Assembly (NCBI GenBank): GCA_043817235.1
Contig: JBDRHA010000011.1
Location: forward strand, 35,223-99,222
Length of the DNA: 64,000 nt
Origin: Candidatus Shapirobacteria bacterium
Lineage (GTDB): Bacteria > Patescibacteriota > Microgenomatia > UBA12405 > BS750m-G30
Direction of reading: 5' to 3'
In this document: positions 10,133 to 19,856 of the stretch, piece after piece
Layout: every line of letters begins with the position of its first letter
Numbering within the stretch: position 1 is the first letter of the stretch
Notes under the pieces: model-generated
The model's input: the letters and a program-made list of their open reading frames with translations, nothing else
Database searches by the model: none
Told to the model about the DNA's origin: nothing
Made by a program: the position numbers and the translations under genes

Positions 10133-10713
10133 ACTTTGCCTAATTCCTGATCGTTTCCCAAAATAACCGCCAAATTTTTCATCAAAATATTAACCAAAAA
10201 AGGATCTCTGCTTCTTTTTCTTAATTTGAACTCTTTTAAATCCATAACTGCATAATTTATTTCTCTGCCTCTGCGTTTTTCTTCTTTTACCACCAGTTTC
10301 CCTATCTCCGGAAGCACTACTCTGCCTACAATCAAAAAGTCTACTTCTGATTGGCTTCCCTCCCAATTTAAAAATTCAGGAGAAAAAGCAACCAATCTTA
10401 GTTCTCCTAATCGAGAGCGATTTTTAATTATTTCTCCTCCCAGCCCCACTATCTTGGCCATCATGGAAAGAAAATCAGTATAAAAAGGGTAGTCTCTATT
10501 AAGAAAATAAAAAAGACGATTGCCCCGCCTTTCTTTTAAGAGTAAACCCGCCTCAGCTAAGTTATTTAGCTCGCGGCGAACGGAATTAATCTCTTCGCCA
10601 ATTTCTCGAACCGCTTCCCTTATATAATACGAGGAGCGCGGCTGGTCAAAAAAAAGCTTTAATAATCCTATTCGGGTTTTGGAAACAATTATTTTTTTTA
10701 GAGCCTTAGTCAT
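10129..10713 (-). CDS. winged-HTH (ArsR-like) regulator with degenerate nucleotidyltransferase-like C-domain
   Basis: SKTRIGLLKLFF...YYIREAVREIGEEINSVRRELNNL; VDFLIVG...REINY. Confidence 0.75.
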   Translation of the reverse strand: MTKALKKIIVSKTRIGLLKLFFDQPRSSYYIREAVREIGEEINSVRRELNNLAEAGLLLKERRGNRLFYFLNRDYPFYTDFLSMMAKIVGLGGEIIKNRSRLGELRLVAFSPEFLNWEGSQSEVDFLIVGRVVLPEIGKLVVKEEKRRGREINYAVMDLKEFKLRKRSRDPFLVNILMKNLAVILGNDQELGKV

Positions 10714-11905
10714 AATCAACAGTATTTCCTAAGGGCAAAACTTCTATCCATATTTGTCCGCGATCAAAAGCGATTTCTTTTCCCTTTAGATCCGAAAAAA
10801 TAGTTCTACTTTCCTGGTCTTTTTTAGCCCATTTTCCCTCAGTTGCTCCCCCATCCTGAAAAACTAAAGCCTTGCCGCTACCGATAGTGGCATACAAAAG
10901 ATGCTTGTGATCGTCTACTGGCCCAGTTTCTTTTGTAAACTGAATAACTATTGCCTTTGCTTCCAGTTGGCTATTGGCAAGAAAATCTATATGTGGCTGG
11001 CCCCCGTCTTCTCGCAAATAGACATTATTCTGAGCGTCATATGCCCAGTGCACGCTATAATCCTTATAGCCCTGCCAGAAATCAAAACTAATATTGCCTA
11101 TCCTATCGGAATCAGACACCGGCTTATCTTCTTTAAATTCCCAAGACTGAAAAGTATTGGCTTCCTGCCAGCCCGGTAGCCCTCTTTGTTCATCGGCATA
11201 ATCCCAAAGGAATTGCGAATTACAGTACATGGTGTGCTCTGTTGCTCGGCTTTGCCCAGTTCTTTCCGGCTCGCGGCGGCAAGCGGTATAGGGAAGAGCA
11301 AACTGATCCATATCGTTCCAGGAACCGGCATCTTTCCAGCCAAGCTTCTCAATTTGGCATAAAGCCTTGGCCCGATTATCTACAGTAACATCAGAACACA
11401 AGCCTGCTCCACCAACATGAACATATAAAGGATTAGCTCCGTATTCTAGTGCCCAGTCCAAAAAATAAATCCGGGAGGAGCGCACCGGCCCAAGATCATA
11501 TTTTTCTTTTACCGGAACGGCCGCAGCACAATAGTAAACCCCCATAAAGCGAGTAATTCCGCCCTCTGCTACTGCTTCATAGATAATATCCGCCCGAAAC
11601 AAGCCCGATTGAGGTCGGGAGTCCTCGTGATTCTCAATCATTACAGCCATTGGGCGTCTTTGATCCCAAATTTCTTTTTCGCCTGCGGTATACATTACAC
11701 CATTAATCGGACACTCCTGATCCTTTGGTCCAGCAAAAACAACCTCCCCATCCGAACCAATTTCCTGTTCTACCAAAGGAGAGGAGATGAGCCCTGCCTC
11801 TTTCTGCCAAAAAGAAAAAGCAGAAAAGCTTACTCCTCCGGCAAAAAGATAAACCCCGAATAAAAGAAGCCAGTGCCTTTTCTCTAAATTAAATATTTTT
11901 TTCAT
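10706..11905 (-). CDS. DUF3048 family exported protein
   Basis: RPMAVMIENHEDSRPQSGL, YEAVAEGGITRF, GPVRSSR. Confidence 0.85.
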   Translation of the reverse strand: MKKIFNLEKRHWLLLFGVYLFAGGVSFSAFSFWQKEAGLISSPLVEQEIGSDGEVVFAGPKDQECPINGVMYTAGEKEIWDQRRPMAVMIENHEDSRPQSGLFRADIIYEAVAEGGITRFMGVYYCAAAVPVKEKYDLGPVRSSRIYFLDWALEYGANPLYVHVGGAGLCSDVTVDNRAKALCQIEKLGWKDAGSWNDMDQFALPYTACRREPERTGQSRATEHTMYCNSQFLWDYADEQRGLPGWQEANTFQSWEFKEDKPVSDSDRIGNISFDFWQGYKDYSVHWAYDAQNNVYLREDGGQPHIDFLANSQLEAKAIVIQFTKETGPVDDHKHLLYATIGSGKALVFQDGGATEGKWAKKDQESRTIFSDLKGKEIAFDRGQIWIEVLPLGNTVDYD

Positions 11906-11907
11906 TA

Positions 11908-12387
11908 TTAGCTTCTAATAGCAATTGCCTGTTTGATAGCCAGCTCTTCCTCTTTGGATAATTTGCCATCAGCTACTTTACCACTTTTGACAATTTTAAT
12001 ATATAGCCGGGTTAAATTCCTACCATGTAAACTGGTAATTAAAAATCCGGATTCAAAGTCATCAAGCAAAGCAAAAGAAAAGCTTTGATTGCCTCCCATT
12101 TCTGCAAAAGGGTTAAAGCGCACCAGGCCAGCTTTTTGATAGTGAGATCTTCCTCTTTTTTCTAGCAAAACCAGCAGTTCTTGAGCGTTTTTGCTTTCCT
12201 TGTTCTGCTTTTCTAAATTCTTTAAAATCTGGTCCAAAAGCCTGGGCAAACTTTCTTTTCCCACCTCTTTAGTCAAGCGGCGGTAATGAGAGAGAATTGC
12301 CCAAAAAAAACCGGTCAAAACCAAATTCCAAAAAAACAAAACATAGATAAGGTAATTAGGAGAAAAGTTAAATCCAGTATTTGTCAT
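11908..12387 (-). CDS. DUF4446 family membrane protein
   Basis: N-terminal TM, GLVRFNPFAEMGGNQSFSFALLD, LSKEEELAI. Confidence 0.85.
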   Translation of the reverse strand: MTNTGFNFSPNYLIYVLFFWNLVLTGFFWAILSHYRRLTKEVGKESLPRLLDQILKNLEKQNKESKNAQELLVLLEKRGRSHYQKAGLVRFNPFAEMGGNQSFSFALLDDFESGFLITSLHGRNLTRLYIKIVKSGKVADGKLSKEEELAIKQAIAIRS

Positions 12388-12396
12388 CTCCAGTAA

Positions 12397-12426
12397 ATTT
12401 TAACCCTTTTCTCTACAGGGTGTCAA
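12397..12426 (-). promoter_or_regulatory. sigma70-type promoter of the DUF4446-to-secDF run
   Basis: TTGACA-18nt-TAAAAT on - strand, 9 nt before ATG 12387. Confidence 0.65.
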
Positions 12427-12455
12427 CCGACTTTTTGTCATGCTATAATACCCTA

Positions 12456-12677
12456 ATGGCTAAAAAGAGAAAAACGAGAAAAGATAAAGTCATCCTCTCT
12501 CTAAAGAGGGAGCTAGCCAAAGAAGAAAGACCCAAAGTTTATTTATCTAAAGGTAAAAAAGAAAATAAATTTACAGAAATTAGCCTTCCTCTTGGAGCCA
12601 TCAAAAAGGACTTAGTAAAAAGTTTTTTGCTTTCAACATTTGCAATTGTCTGCCTCTTTTTGCTATATTTAGCCTGA
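12456..12677 (+). CDS. small basic protein with C-terminal TM helix
   Basis: ATG 12456 lies 6 nt after TGcTATAAT; MAKKRKTRKDK...IKKDLVKSFLLSTFAIVCLFLLYLA. Confidence 0.7.
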   Translation: MAKKRKTRKDKVILSLKRELAKEERPKVYLSKGKKENKFTEISLPLGAIKKDLVKSFLLSTFAIVCLFLLYLA

Positions 12678-12732
12678 ATACTAGTTTTAGCAATTACACT
12701 AGTTTTTGCTTTGAAAGGGGGTGAAGTAAAAA

Positions 12733-12873
12733 GTGGAATTTTATTGTGTAAAATGTCGACAAAAGAGAGACACTGAGGACTACCAAAAAGTCACTCTAAA
12801 AAATGGCCGCCCTGCTTTGAAAGCCAAATGTCCAGTCTGTGGAACTGGAATGTTTAAAATCGTTGCTGCCTAA
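12733..12873 (+). CDS. small zinc-ribbon protein (DUF5679-like), 46 aa
   Basis: Below ORF-track cutoff; GTG start after strong SD (AAAGGGGGTGA); MEFYCVKCRQKRD...KNGRPALKAKCPVCGTGMFKIVAA with two CxxC. Confidence 0.85.
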   Translation: MEFYCVKCRQKRDTEDYQKVTLKNGRPALKAKCPVCGTGMFKIVAA

Positions 12874-12904
12874 TTAAACAGTTAGACTGCTTAAACTTAA
12901 GCAA

Positions 12905-12940
12905 AAGAAGTCTCCCCCGCAGCGGCGGGGGGGTTTCTTT
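12905..12940 (+). terminator. intrinsic terminator
   Basis: aagaagtctcccccgc-agcg-gcgggggggtttcttt GC-rich hairpin followed by a T-rich tract. Confidence 0.7.
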
Positions 12941-12969
12941 GTTGGGAGGTTATTGTTATAATACTATTA

Positions 12970-13257
12970 TCCTTGAAAGTTTGAACGGTGGCCCCGCAAC
13001 GGCGGGGAGGAAAGTCCAGACTGCAAAAGGCATGGTGTTTTGGGAAACCAAAACTTCCGATTTGCCAACTGGCGAATCGGAACGAGATAGGGCCACAGAG
13101 ACGAGTCTCCCGACGTTACGTCGGGAGGGTGAAACGGGCAACCCTCCCAGCAGCAATCTCAAGTCCGGTAGGGTGCCTTTCCCAATTAATACCGGGGTAG
13201 AGAGCATTAGATAGATCACCGTATAAAACAAAATCTGGCTTATTAAGCTTTCAGGGA
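12970..13257 (+). ncRNA. rnpB: RNase P RNA, compact (~288 nt)
   Basis: GAGGAAAGUCC and ACAAAAUCUGGCUUA conserved elements with covarying P4 (CCAGA/UCUGG); P1 ccttgaaagtttga/ttaagctttcaggg; TGtTATAAT 7 nt upstream. Confidence 0.95.
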
Positions 13258-14244
13258 TTAATTTTTCTTCAAGATAAACTCTTGGAAAAGAAGACGGGCA
13301 GTAAGATAGGTCGGGATGGCCAACAAGGCACCGGCTACTCCGGCTAAGTTAGCCCCGATAACAATGCTAATCAAGGAGGTCACCGGATTAATCCCTACCA
13401 CTCTAGACATAATTCTTGGCACTAAATAATTATTTTCTATTTGCTGGACAATAAAAGCCCAGGCAGCTACAGCCAAGGCCGTAAGCGGGGAGATAAACAA
13501 ACCGATAAGTACCGCCGGAATCGCTCCGATAAATGGCCCCATCCCAGGCACTACTTCTAATATCCCCATAAAAACGCTTAAGGGAAGAGCGAATTTCAAT
13601 CCCAATAGAGAATAGCCAATATAAGAAAGAACCCCAACAAAAAGCATTAAAAGGAGTTGAGCGCGCACCCAGTTGCCCAATATTTTTTCTAATCTCCTAA
13701 CCAATCCCTGGCCCTTAATTTGAATTTCTTTGCCAAAAAAATCTAATAAATACTGGTCTAAATTCTCATGCTCCAGAAGAAAGTAAAAACTGATCACTAA
13801 AATAGCCATCACTGTAATAAAGCTGGAAAAAAACCCGAAAGTGAAAGATAAAATCCGAGAAGATAAATTACCAATTTGACCCAACTGATTGGTTAAAAAA
13901 TCACTGCCCAAAAAATCTAAGCGCAAGCTCTGGGCAATAGAAGGAAAGGTTTTAACTAAATCAGTAGTTTGGCTAACAACTGCCGGAATAACCAAGGCCA
14001 GTGAGCCCACCAAAACAATAATTAAAATCAAATACATTATTAAGGCCGCCAAAGTTCGAGGCACTCCTCTTTTTTCCAATCTTGTTACTGTCGGATTTAA
14101 AGCGCCGGCCAAAATCAAGGCAATAAACAGGCCAAAGAGCACCTCTTTTATTTCATAAATCAGCCAAAAACCGAAAACAAGAAGAAGGCCGACAATAACG
14201 CTTTTGGGTGAAACTTCAATAACTAGTTTTTTTTCGTTAGCCAT
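13258..14244 (-). CDS. AI-2E family transporter
   Basis: Multi-TM protein, WVRAQL, QQIENNYLVPRIM. Confidence 0.88.
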   Translation of the reverse strand: MANEKKLVIEVSPKSVIVGLLLVFGFWLIYEIKEVLFGLFIALILAGALNPTVTRLEKRGVPRTLAALIMYLILIIVLVGSLALVIPAVVSQTTDLVKTFPSIAQSLRLDFLGSDFLTNQLGQIGNLSSRILSFTFGFFSSFITVMAILVISFYFLLEHENLDQYLLDFFGKEIQIKGQGLVRRLEKILGNWVRAQLLLMLFVGVLSYIGYSLLGLKFALPLSVFMGILEVVPGMGPFIGAIPAVLIGLFISPLTALAVAAWAFIVQQIENNYLVPRIMSRVVGINPVTSLISIVIGANLAGVAGALLAIPTYLTARLLFQEFILKKN

Positions 14245-15136
14245 TACTCCATTTTTTCATTCTTTGGCCTGCTTTGTCAAGAGAGCCTTTTTGATCCGCC
14301 CTAACCTTAATAAAAAGTTTATTTTTTCTAAACCATAATTTCTGTTTTTTGGCAAAGCTTAGCTCATCTTTAAACCATTCATTTTTTACCAAGCTCAATT
14401 TCTTCTTTTTTTTAAAATAATCTTCAAACTCTTTATAAGCCAAGCAGTTTAAACCGGGATCTTCCCAGCAATATAAAGATAATAAATATCTAATTTCTTT
14501 AATTATTCCTTGCTTCATTCGTTTTTCAATTCTTTTTTTTATCTTCTCTCCTATAAATTCCAAAGGGGCATCCAAATATATACCTAAAATATTAGCATTC
14601 TTTAAAAAAAAATTTTTATCATTTTTTTTTCTACTTAAGCTAAGCTCAACCAAGCGGATCAATCTTCGGGGATTATTTTGATCGGAATTATTCAAATTTT
14701 CCCATCTTTTCGGATCCATCTTCCTTGCTCTACTTTTTAGATCGCTTAGTTTTAATTTTTCCAGTTTACGCCGCAAAGGCCAGTTCGGAGCAATGCCTTG
14801 GGTATCCAAGCCCTCTAAAAGAGTTTTTAAATAAAAAGCACTGCCGCCAACAACAATTGGCAATTTATTTCTGCTCCAAATATTTTTAGCTGCCAAAATA
14901 GCCAGCCTAGCCCATTGATAAGAACTAAAAGTCTGATTAGGGCGGATAAGGTCAACTAACCAAACTTTTTGGTTTTCTTCTAAGTCTTTACCCGTGCCAA
15001 TGTCCATTCCTTGATAAACCTGACGGGAATCAGCTGATATTAATTCACCTTGAAGGTCAGCAGCCATTTTTAGAGCCAGCGAGGTTTTGCCAAGAGCAGT
15101 TGGACCGTAAATTACTAGCAACTTCTTTTTAGGCAT
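14237..15136 (-). CDS. miaA: tRNA dimethylallyltransferase
   Basis: GPTALGKT, ISADSRQVYQGMDIGTGK, VVGGSAFY; start set at MPKKK. Confidence 0.92.
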   Translation of the reverse strand: MPKKKLLVIYGPTALGKTSLALKMAADLQGELISADSRQVYQGMDIGTGKDLEENQKVWLVDLIRPNQTFSSYQWARLAILAAKNIWSRNKLPIVVGGSAFYLKTLLEGLDTQGIAPNWPLRRKLEKLKLSDLKSRARKMDPKRWENLNNSDQNNPRRLIRLVELSLSRKKNDKNFFLKNANILGIYLDAPLEFIGEKIKKRIEKRMKQGIIKEIRYLLSLYCWEDPGLNCLAYKEFEDYFKKKKKLSLVKNEWFKDELSFAKKQKLWFRKNKLFIKVRADQKGSLDKAGQRMKKWSNG

Positions 15137-16115
15137 AATCTTTGCCTGTAAACAGTTCGCGAATGATATCTTCAATCGAAGGCTCGGTAATGTTCACGTC
15201 TTCCACCGGAAGCTTTTGGAGCATTTCCGCCGCCGCAAAAGAAGCGGCTTTTCTTTTTACTAATATTTCCGCTTTTAGGGGCTCAAATGATCTAATTTTC
15301 CCCAAGCCCCTCAGGTCTTTTCTTTCTAGCCTCTTATTAAAAACTACTGAAATAAGCTTATGATCGGCAAACTTACTAATGATTTCTTCCAGCTGGCCAT
15401 CGAAAATAATCTTGCCCTTGTCAATAATAATTACTCTTCTAGCCAACTCCTTAACATCACCCATATAATGAGAAGTTAGAATAATCGTCGCATTATGTTT
15501 TTGGTTATACCCTTTAATAAAATCTCTTATTTTTTTCTGCATCACCACATCCAAGCCAATCGTTGGCTCGTCCAAAAAGAGCACTTTGGGCTGGTGAAGC
15601 AAAGCAGCAATTAGCTCACATTTCATTCGCTGGCCCAAAGAAAGCTTTCTTACTTGAATTTTAAGTAGATCCTTAACCTCCAGAAGCTTAACTAATTCTT
15701 TAAAGGTTTCTTCGTATGCTTTTTTATCAATTTCATAAATTTCCCGATTTAAGTTAAAAGTTTCCAAGGCCGGAAGATCCCACCAAAGCTGATTTTTTTG
15801 GCCCATGACAAAGGAAATTTGTTTTAAATATTCTTTTTTCCTTTCCCAAGGGATATAGCCCAAAACCGAAATTTCCCCTCCGTCCGGATAAAGAAGACCG
15901 GAAAGGCATTTAAGCGTAGTAGTTTTACCCGCCCCGTTGGGGCCAATAAAGCCGACCAATTCGCCCTGGCCTATTTCGAAACCCACCTTATCCACAGCTT
16001 TTACCGTTTCATATTGGCGCTTAAATAAAGACCTTAGCGAGCCAACTAATCCCGGCTGTTTTTGGAATACTTGATAGTATTTTTTTAAGCAGTCAACTTT
16101 AATTGCCGTCTCCAC
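15129..16115 (-). CDS. ABC-2-type exporter ATP-binding protein
   Basis: GPNGAGKTT, LSLGQ, FLDEPTIGLD. Confidence 0.92.
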   Translation of the reverse strand: METAIKVDCLKKYYQVFQKQPGLVGSLRSLFKRQYETVKAVDKVGFEIGQGELVGFIGPNGAGKTTTLKCLSGLLYPDGGEISVLGYIPWERKKEYLKQISFVMGQKNQLWWDLPALETFNLNREIYEIDKKAYEETFKELVKLLEVKDLLKIQVRKLSLGQRMKCELIAALLHQPKVLFLDEPTIGLDVVMQKKIRDFIKGYNQKHNATIILTSHYMGDVKELARRVIIIDKGKIIFDGQLEEIISKFADHKLISVVFNKRLERKDLRGLGKIRSFEPLKAEILVKRKAASFAAAEMLQKLPVEDVNITEPSIEDIIRELFTGKDYA

Positions 16116-16159
16116 TAAAATATCCTACCAAAAAAGGGCTCGCGATAAAAGAGGATAAG

Positions 16160-16432
16160 TTATTTTACTGCTTTTTTCAGGGCTGTCCCAGGAGTAAATC
16201 TAGGCATCCGGCGAGGAGCAATTTTCTTTTTTTTGTCTTTGCCGATAGGAAGCACTTGCTTGGACTTAAAAAGCCGTGTCCAAAAGACCCCGAAACCAGA
16301 AAGCTTCACCCGTTCTCCGCGAGCTAAAGCTTTAGAAATTTCCTCTAAAAAAGCATCCACTATATCTTTAGTGGTTTTTTTAGTAAGTTTTAGCCGAGCA
16401 GCTAAGTTTTCAATTACTTGACTCTTTTTCAT
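16160..16432 (-). CDS. hup: HU family DNA-binding protein
   Basis: GERVKLSGFGVF, PRFTPGTALKKAVK. Confidence 0.9.
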   Translation of the reverse strand: MKKSQVIENLAARLKLTKKTTKDIVDAFLEEISKALARGERVKLSGFGVFWTRLFKSKQVLPIGKDKKKKIAPRRMPRFTPGTALKKAVK

Positions 16433-16437
16433 AAGTG

Positions 16438-16466
16438 ATTTTACCCCAAGTTAGCAAAAATGTCAA
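16438..16466 (-). promoter_or_regulatory. near-consensus sigma70 promoter, leaderless HU mRNA
   Basis: TTGACA-17nt-TAAAAT-5nt-ATG. Confidence 0.8.
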
Positions 16467-17956
16467 TCACGATTTTTAGCGCTAGCCGTAGCCTGAACCC
16501 TTACCTCACGAATACCGGTAATCTTTATTTGGCCCGCCCACTTTGCTTCTTCATCTAATTGCCGGCTTATTTCATTAATCAAAACAGTCAGCTGATCATC
16601 AGATATTTCTTCAGGCTGAACAATCACCCTTATCTCCCGCCCTGCTTGATAGGCGGCCACATCGGCGACTCCTTTATGCGATCGGCAAATTTCCTCAATC
16701 TTAGTCATTCGCTTCAAGTATTCTTCGTGCGCCTGGTAACGCGCTCCTGGCCGCGAACCGGAAGCTGCGTCTGCTATCCAAACAATGCCCGACTCTACGC
16801 TGGAAAAAGGCTTATCTTCATGATGCTCCTCAATACAGGCAATAATTTTAGGAGGAAAGCGAAACCGTTTTAAAAAGGCAACACCGGCATCCACGTGAGA
16901 ACCCTCTTCATCCATTACCACTTTGCCTATATCGTGTAAAAGGCAGCCCAAGCGAACTACTTTTACATCTGCTTTTAGCTCCTGAGCAATAGAAACGGCA
17001 ATCTTCGTTTCCTCTATAGTATGAATTGCTAAATTTTGGCCAAAAGAAAAGCGATACCTATAACGCCCAATCATCTTTACAATTTCCACCGGCAAGTGGT
17101 AGACGCCAACCGCCTGGCAAATCTTTTTTCCTTCCTCTAAAAGAATTTTATCCATCTGTGCCTTAGTTTGAGAAACTACTTCTTCAATCCGAGAAGGCTG
17201 AATGCGGCCGTCGCGAATTAATTTTTCTAAAGCGATTTTGGCAATTTCCCTTCTTAAAGAATCAAAAGAGGAAATCCTTGCCTCATTGCTCTCGTCCAGC
17301 TCAATTTCCACCCCTGTTGCCTGTTCAAAAGCGCGAATATTCCTTCCTTCCCTGCCAATAATTTTCCCCTTAATATTGTCGTTGGGCAACTGAAGACTGG
17401 AAACCGTATAGCCGGCCACATAGTCGGTAACCCCGTGGCGTAAAGCCTCGGCCAATATTTCCTGGCTAAGCTCTTCCTCGTTAGTCTTAATTGCCTCTTT
17501 TGCTTCTTCTATTTTTTTTGCTTCCCAAGCAACCAGCTCTTTTTGGGCAGTTTTGAGAAGAAGATTTTTTGCTTCTTCTTTGCTCAAAGCAGCAATTTTT
17601 TCCAGGGTAGAAAGATGCTTTTTTCGTAAATCTTCAGCCTCTTGCCGCTTTTGTCCTAATCCCTTTTCTTGAGCATTAATATTCTCCTCGCGCGCGCTTA
17701 GGTATTTTTCTTTTTCAGCTTGAGCGCTGGCTCTTTTTTCTACTTCTTTTTCTCTTTGATTTACTTCTTCCAAAAGCTGAACCAGCTTTAACTCCCGGCT
17801 CTTAAATTCCTGCCCAATTTGTGTTCGAACTTTTTTTACTACTACCCTTGGTGTCTTTGTCTTCCTGGCCGATTTGCTAATTCTCTTAAGTTCCTTTTTT
17901 TCAATTTTCGGCTTTTTCCCAAAACGAAAAACAAAATTTTTAAATCCTCCTAACAT
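16463..17956 (-). CDS. rny: ribonuclease Y
   Basis: Coiled coil, KH (KGKIIGREGRNIR), HD (LLHDIGK); start at ATG 17956 after AAGGAGG. Confidence 0.93.
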   Translation of the reverse strand: MLGGFKNFVFRFGKKPKIEKKELKRISKSARKTKTPRVVVKKVRTQIGQEFKSRELKLVQLLEEVNQREKEVEKRASAQAEKEKYLSAREENINAQEKGLGQKRQEAEDLRKKHLSTLEKIAALSKEEAKNLLLKTAQKELVAWEAKKIEEAKEAIKTNEEELSQEILAEALRHGVTDYVAGYTVSSLQLPNDNIKGKIIGREGRNIRAFEQATGVEIELDESNEARISSFDSLRREIAKIALEKLIRDGRIQPSRIEEVVSQTKAQMDKILLEEGKKICQAVGVYHLPVEIVKMIGRYRYRFSFGQNLAIHTIEETKIAVSIAQELKADVKVVRLGCLLHDIGKVVMDEEGSHVDAGVAFLKRFRFPPKIIACIEEHHEDKPFSSVESGIVWIADAASGSRPGARYQAHEEYLKRMTKIEEICRSHKGVADVAAYQAGREIRVIVQPEEISDDQLTVLINEISRQLDEEAKWAGQIKITGIREVRVQATASAKNRD

Positions 17957-18109
17957 TATTCCTCCTTTTTTGAAAATCCGGCGAAGGCAAAAAAACGCTA
18001 AAAGAACGGAAGCTGCTTTAAGAATTAAAAAACAGTATTTTCTTTCTAACAATCATGACCAAATATTTTTAGCTAATTAATTTTTCCCTCACCTACTAAT
18101 AAAGTTATT

Positions 18110-18787
18110 TTACGCTAAAATTCCTCGCTCGTCAATCAAAGATTTAATTAATTTATAGGAAAAACCTTTTCTTGCCAGGTAGGAAATCAGCTTTTTTCTT
18201 TTTTCCTTTATGTCAGCCAGAGTTTTTAATTTTTTTTCCAGCAGGGATTTTGCCATTTGCTCCTCATCGTAATCGCTCTCGGCCAATGCCCTATCTATTA
18301 AATTTCTGCTTACTCCCCTTCTGGCTAATTCCCCCTTTAACTCTAGAACAGACCGGGGCCGAAATACAAACCGCTGCTCAACCCACCAGCGCGCAAAATT
18401 TAAATCAGAAAGTAAACTCTCATCTTTAAGGTCTTTTATTATTTTTTCTATTATTTTGCCTGTTTTTAGCTGCAAAAAAGCAGGCGCTTTTTTTAAAGTC
18501 GGCTCACTTTTTTTTAGATACTCAAATAGCCGCTGCTTCATTTCTGCTAAAGTGCGGGGGCGGCAAGAGAGAAGCCTTAGGGCCTTAGCTCTTATTCTTT
18601 CTTTAATCTCATCTTGCCAAAACTGAGTCAGCTCCTTTAAAGAAAGCTTTTGGCCAACCGTTAAGCCATAACGAAGTACTAAAAATAAAGAAGCTCCGAG
18701 GGTAAAATCGGAAAAAACTATATTAACTCTATCTTTGCTTCTCTTTTGAGGAGCAATTTTAAGAATTTCCCAGATAGCCATCAGCAA
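18110..18787 (-). CDS. recX: regulatory protein RecX
   Basis: ALRLLSCRPRT, LSDLNFARWWV, YLARKGF; downstream of recA. Confidence 0.88.
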   Translation of the reverse strand: MLMAIWEILKIAPQKRSKDRVNIVFSDFTLGASLFLVLRYGLTVGQKLSLKELTQFWQDEIKERIRAKALRLLSCRPRTLAEMKQRLFEYLKKSEPTLKKAPAFLQLKTGKIIEKIIKDLKDESLLSDLNFARWWVEQRFVFRPRSVLELKGELARRGVSRNLIDRALAESDYDEEQMAKSLLEKKLKTLADIKEKRKKLISYLARKGFSYKLIKSLIDERGILA

Positions 18788-19819
18788 CTAGTCTTTTTTC
18801 TGGACCAAGCTAATTACTTCTTTGGTGACCTTTTCCGTAAATGAGGAGTTTTTTTCCAAGTGGTCTTTGGTTGCCTCCCGTCCCTGGCCTAAGTTTTCTT
18901 TTTTATACTTAAAAAATGACCCGGATTTGGTTATTACATTATATTTTAAAGCCATATCCAAAATACACCCCGATTGAGATACACCACCTACGTTCATAAT
19001 TTCGAATTCGGCATCTTTAAAAGGCGGAGCAACTTTGTTTTTGACTACTCTAGCTCGATGGGTACTGCCAATTACTATCCCCTCGGCATCTTTAATGTTG
19101 CCGGTTTTGCGTAAATCAATGCGCACCGAAGAATAAAACTTTAAAGCCATGCCGCCGGAAGTTGTTTCCGGGTTGCCAAAGAATACGCCTATTTTATGGC
19201 GAATTTGATTGGTAAAAATAACTGCTGTTTTAGACTTAGCAATTGCTCCGGTCAATTTGCGCAGCGCCTGAGACATTAACCTCGCCTGAACACCCACCAT
19301 AGCATCGCCCATTTCTCCTTCAATCTCTGCTCGGGGAACTAAAGCAGCTACTGAATCAACAACTACTAAATCAAGCCCTCCCGAACGAACCAAGGTTTCT
19401 ACAATTTCCAAACCCTGTTCGCCCGTATCCGGCTGGGAAATTAATAAGTCATCAAGCTTGACTCCAATCTGTTCTGCCCGCTGTGGATTTAAAGCGTGCT
19501 CAGCATCCACGAAAGCGGCCACACCTTTCTTTTTTTGCGCCTCGGCAATAACATGCAGACAAACCGTAGTTTTTCCTGAAGCTTCAGGCCCATAAATTTC
19601 CGATACTCGACCGCGGGGAATGCCTCCGACGCCCAAAGCCAAATCTAAAGTCAGACAGCCAGTAGAAATAGCCGGAACATCAACTGCTTTTTGGTCGCCC
19701 AACTTCATAATCGCACCCTTGCCGTACTGTTTTTCAATCTGCTCCATGGCTATTTTAACCGCCTGCAGTTTCTGTTTTTGAATATTACTATTACCCGAAG
19801 ACATAATCAATTTAACCAT
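18788..19819 (-). CDS. recA: recombinase RecA (ATG at 19804 is an alternative start)
   Basis: [34 protein letters not shown]. Confidence 0.97.
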   Translation of the reverse strand: MVKLIMSSGNSNIQKQKLQAVKIAMEQIEKQYGKGAIMKLGDQKAVDVPAISTGCLTLDLALGVGGIPRGRVSEIYGPEASGKTTVCLHVIAEAQKKKGVAAFVDAEHALNPQRAEQIGVKLDDLLISQPDTGEQGLEIVETLVRSGGLDLVVVDSVAALVPRAEIEGEMGDAMVGVQARLMSQALRKLTGAIAKSKTAVIFTNQIRHKIGVFFGNPETTSGGMALKFYSSVRIDLRKTGNIKDAEGIVIGSTHRARVVKNKVAPPFKDAEFEIMNVGGVSQSGCILDMALKYNVITKSGSFFKYKKENLGQGREATKDHLEKNSSFTEKVTKEVISLVQKKD

Positions 19820-19856
19820 ACACTATGTTAAAATACAATAGATATTTAAAGCTAAA

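Noticed and set aside
12939-13231. Three short ORFs in the track
   Set aside because: They overlap the RNase P RNA and have no protein motifs
17957-18052. N-terminal hydrophobic extension of RNase Y from the upstream TTG
   Set aside because: A strong SD precedes ATG 17956; the extension looks like translated T-rich leader
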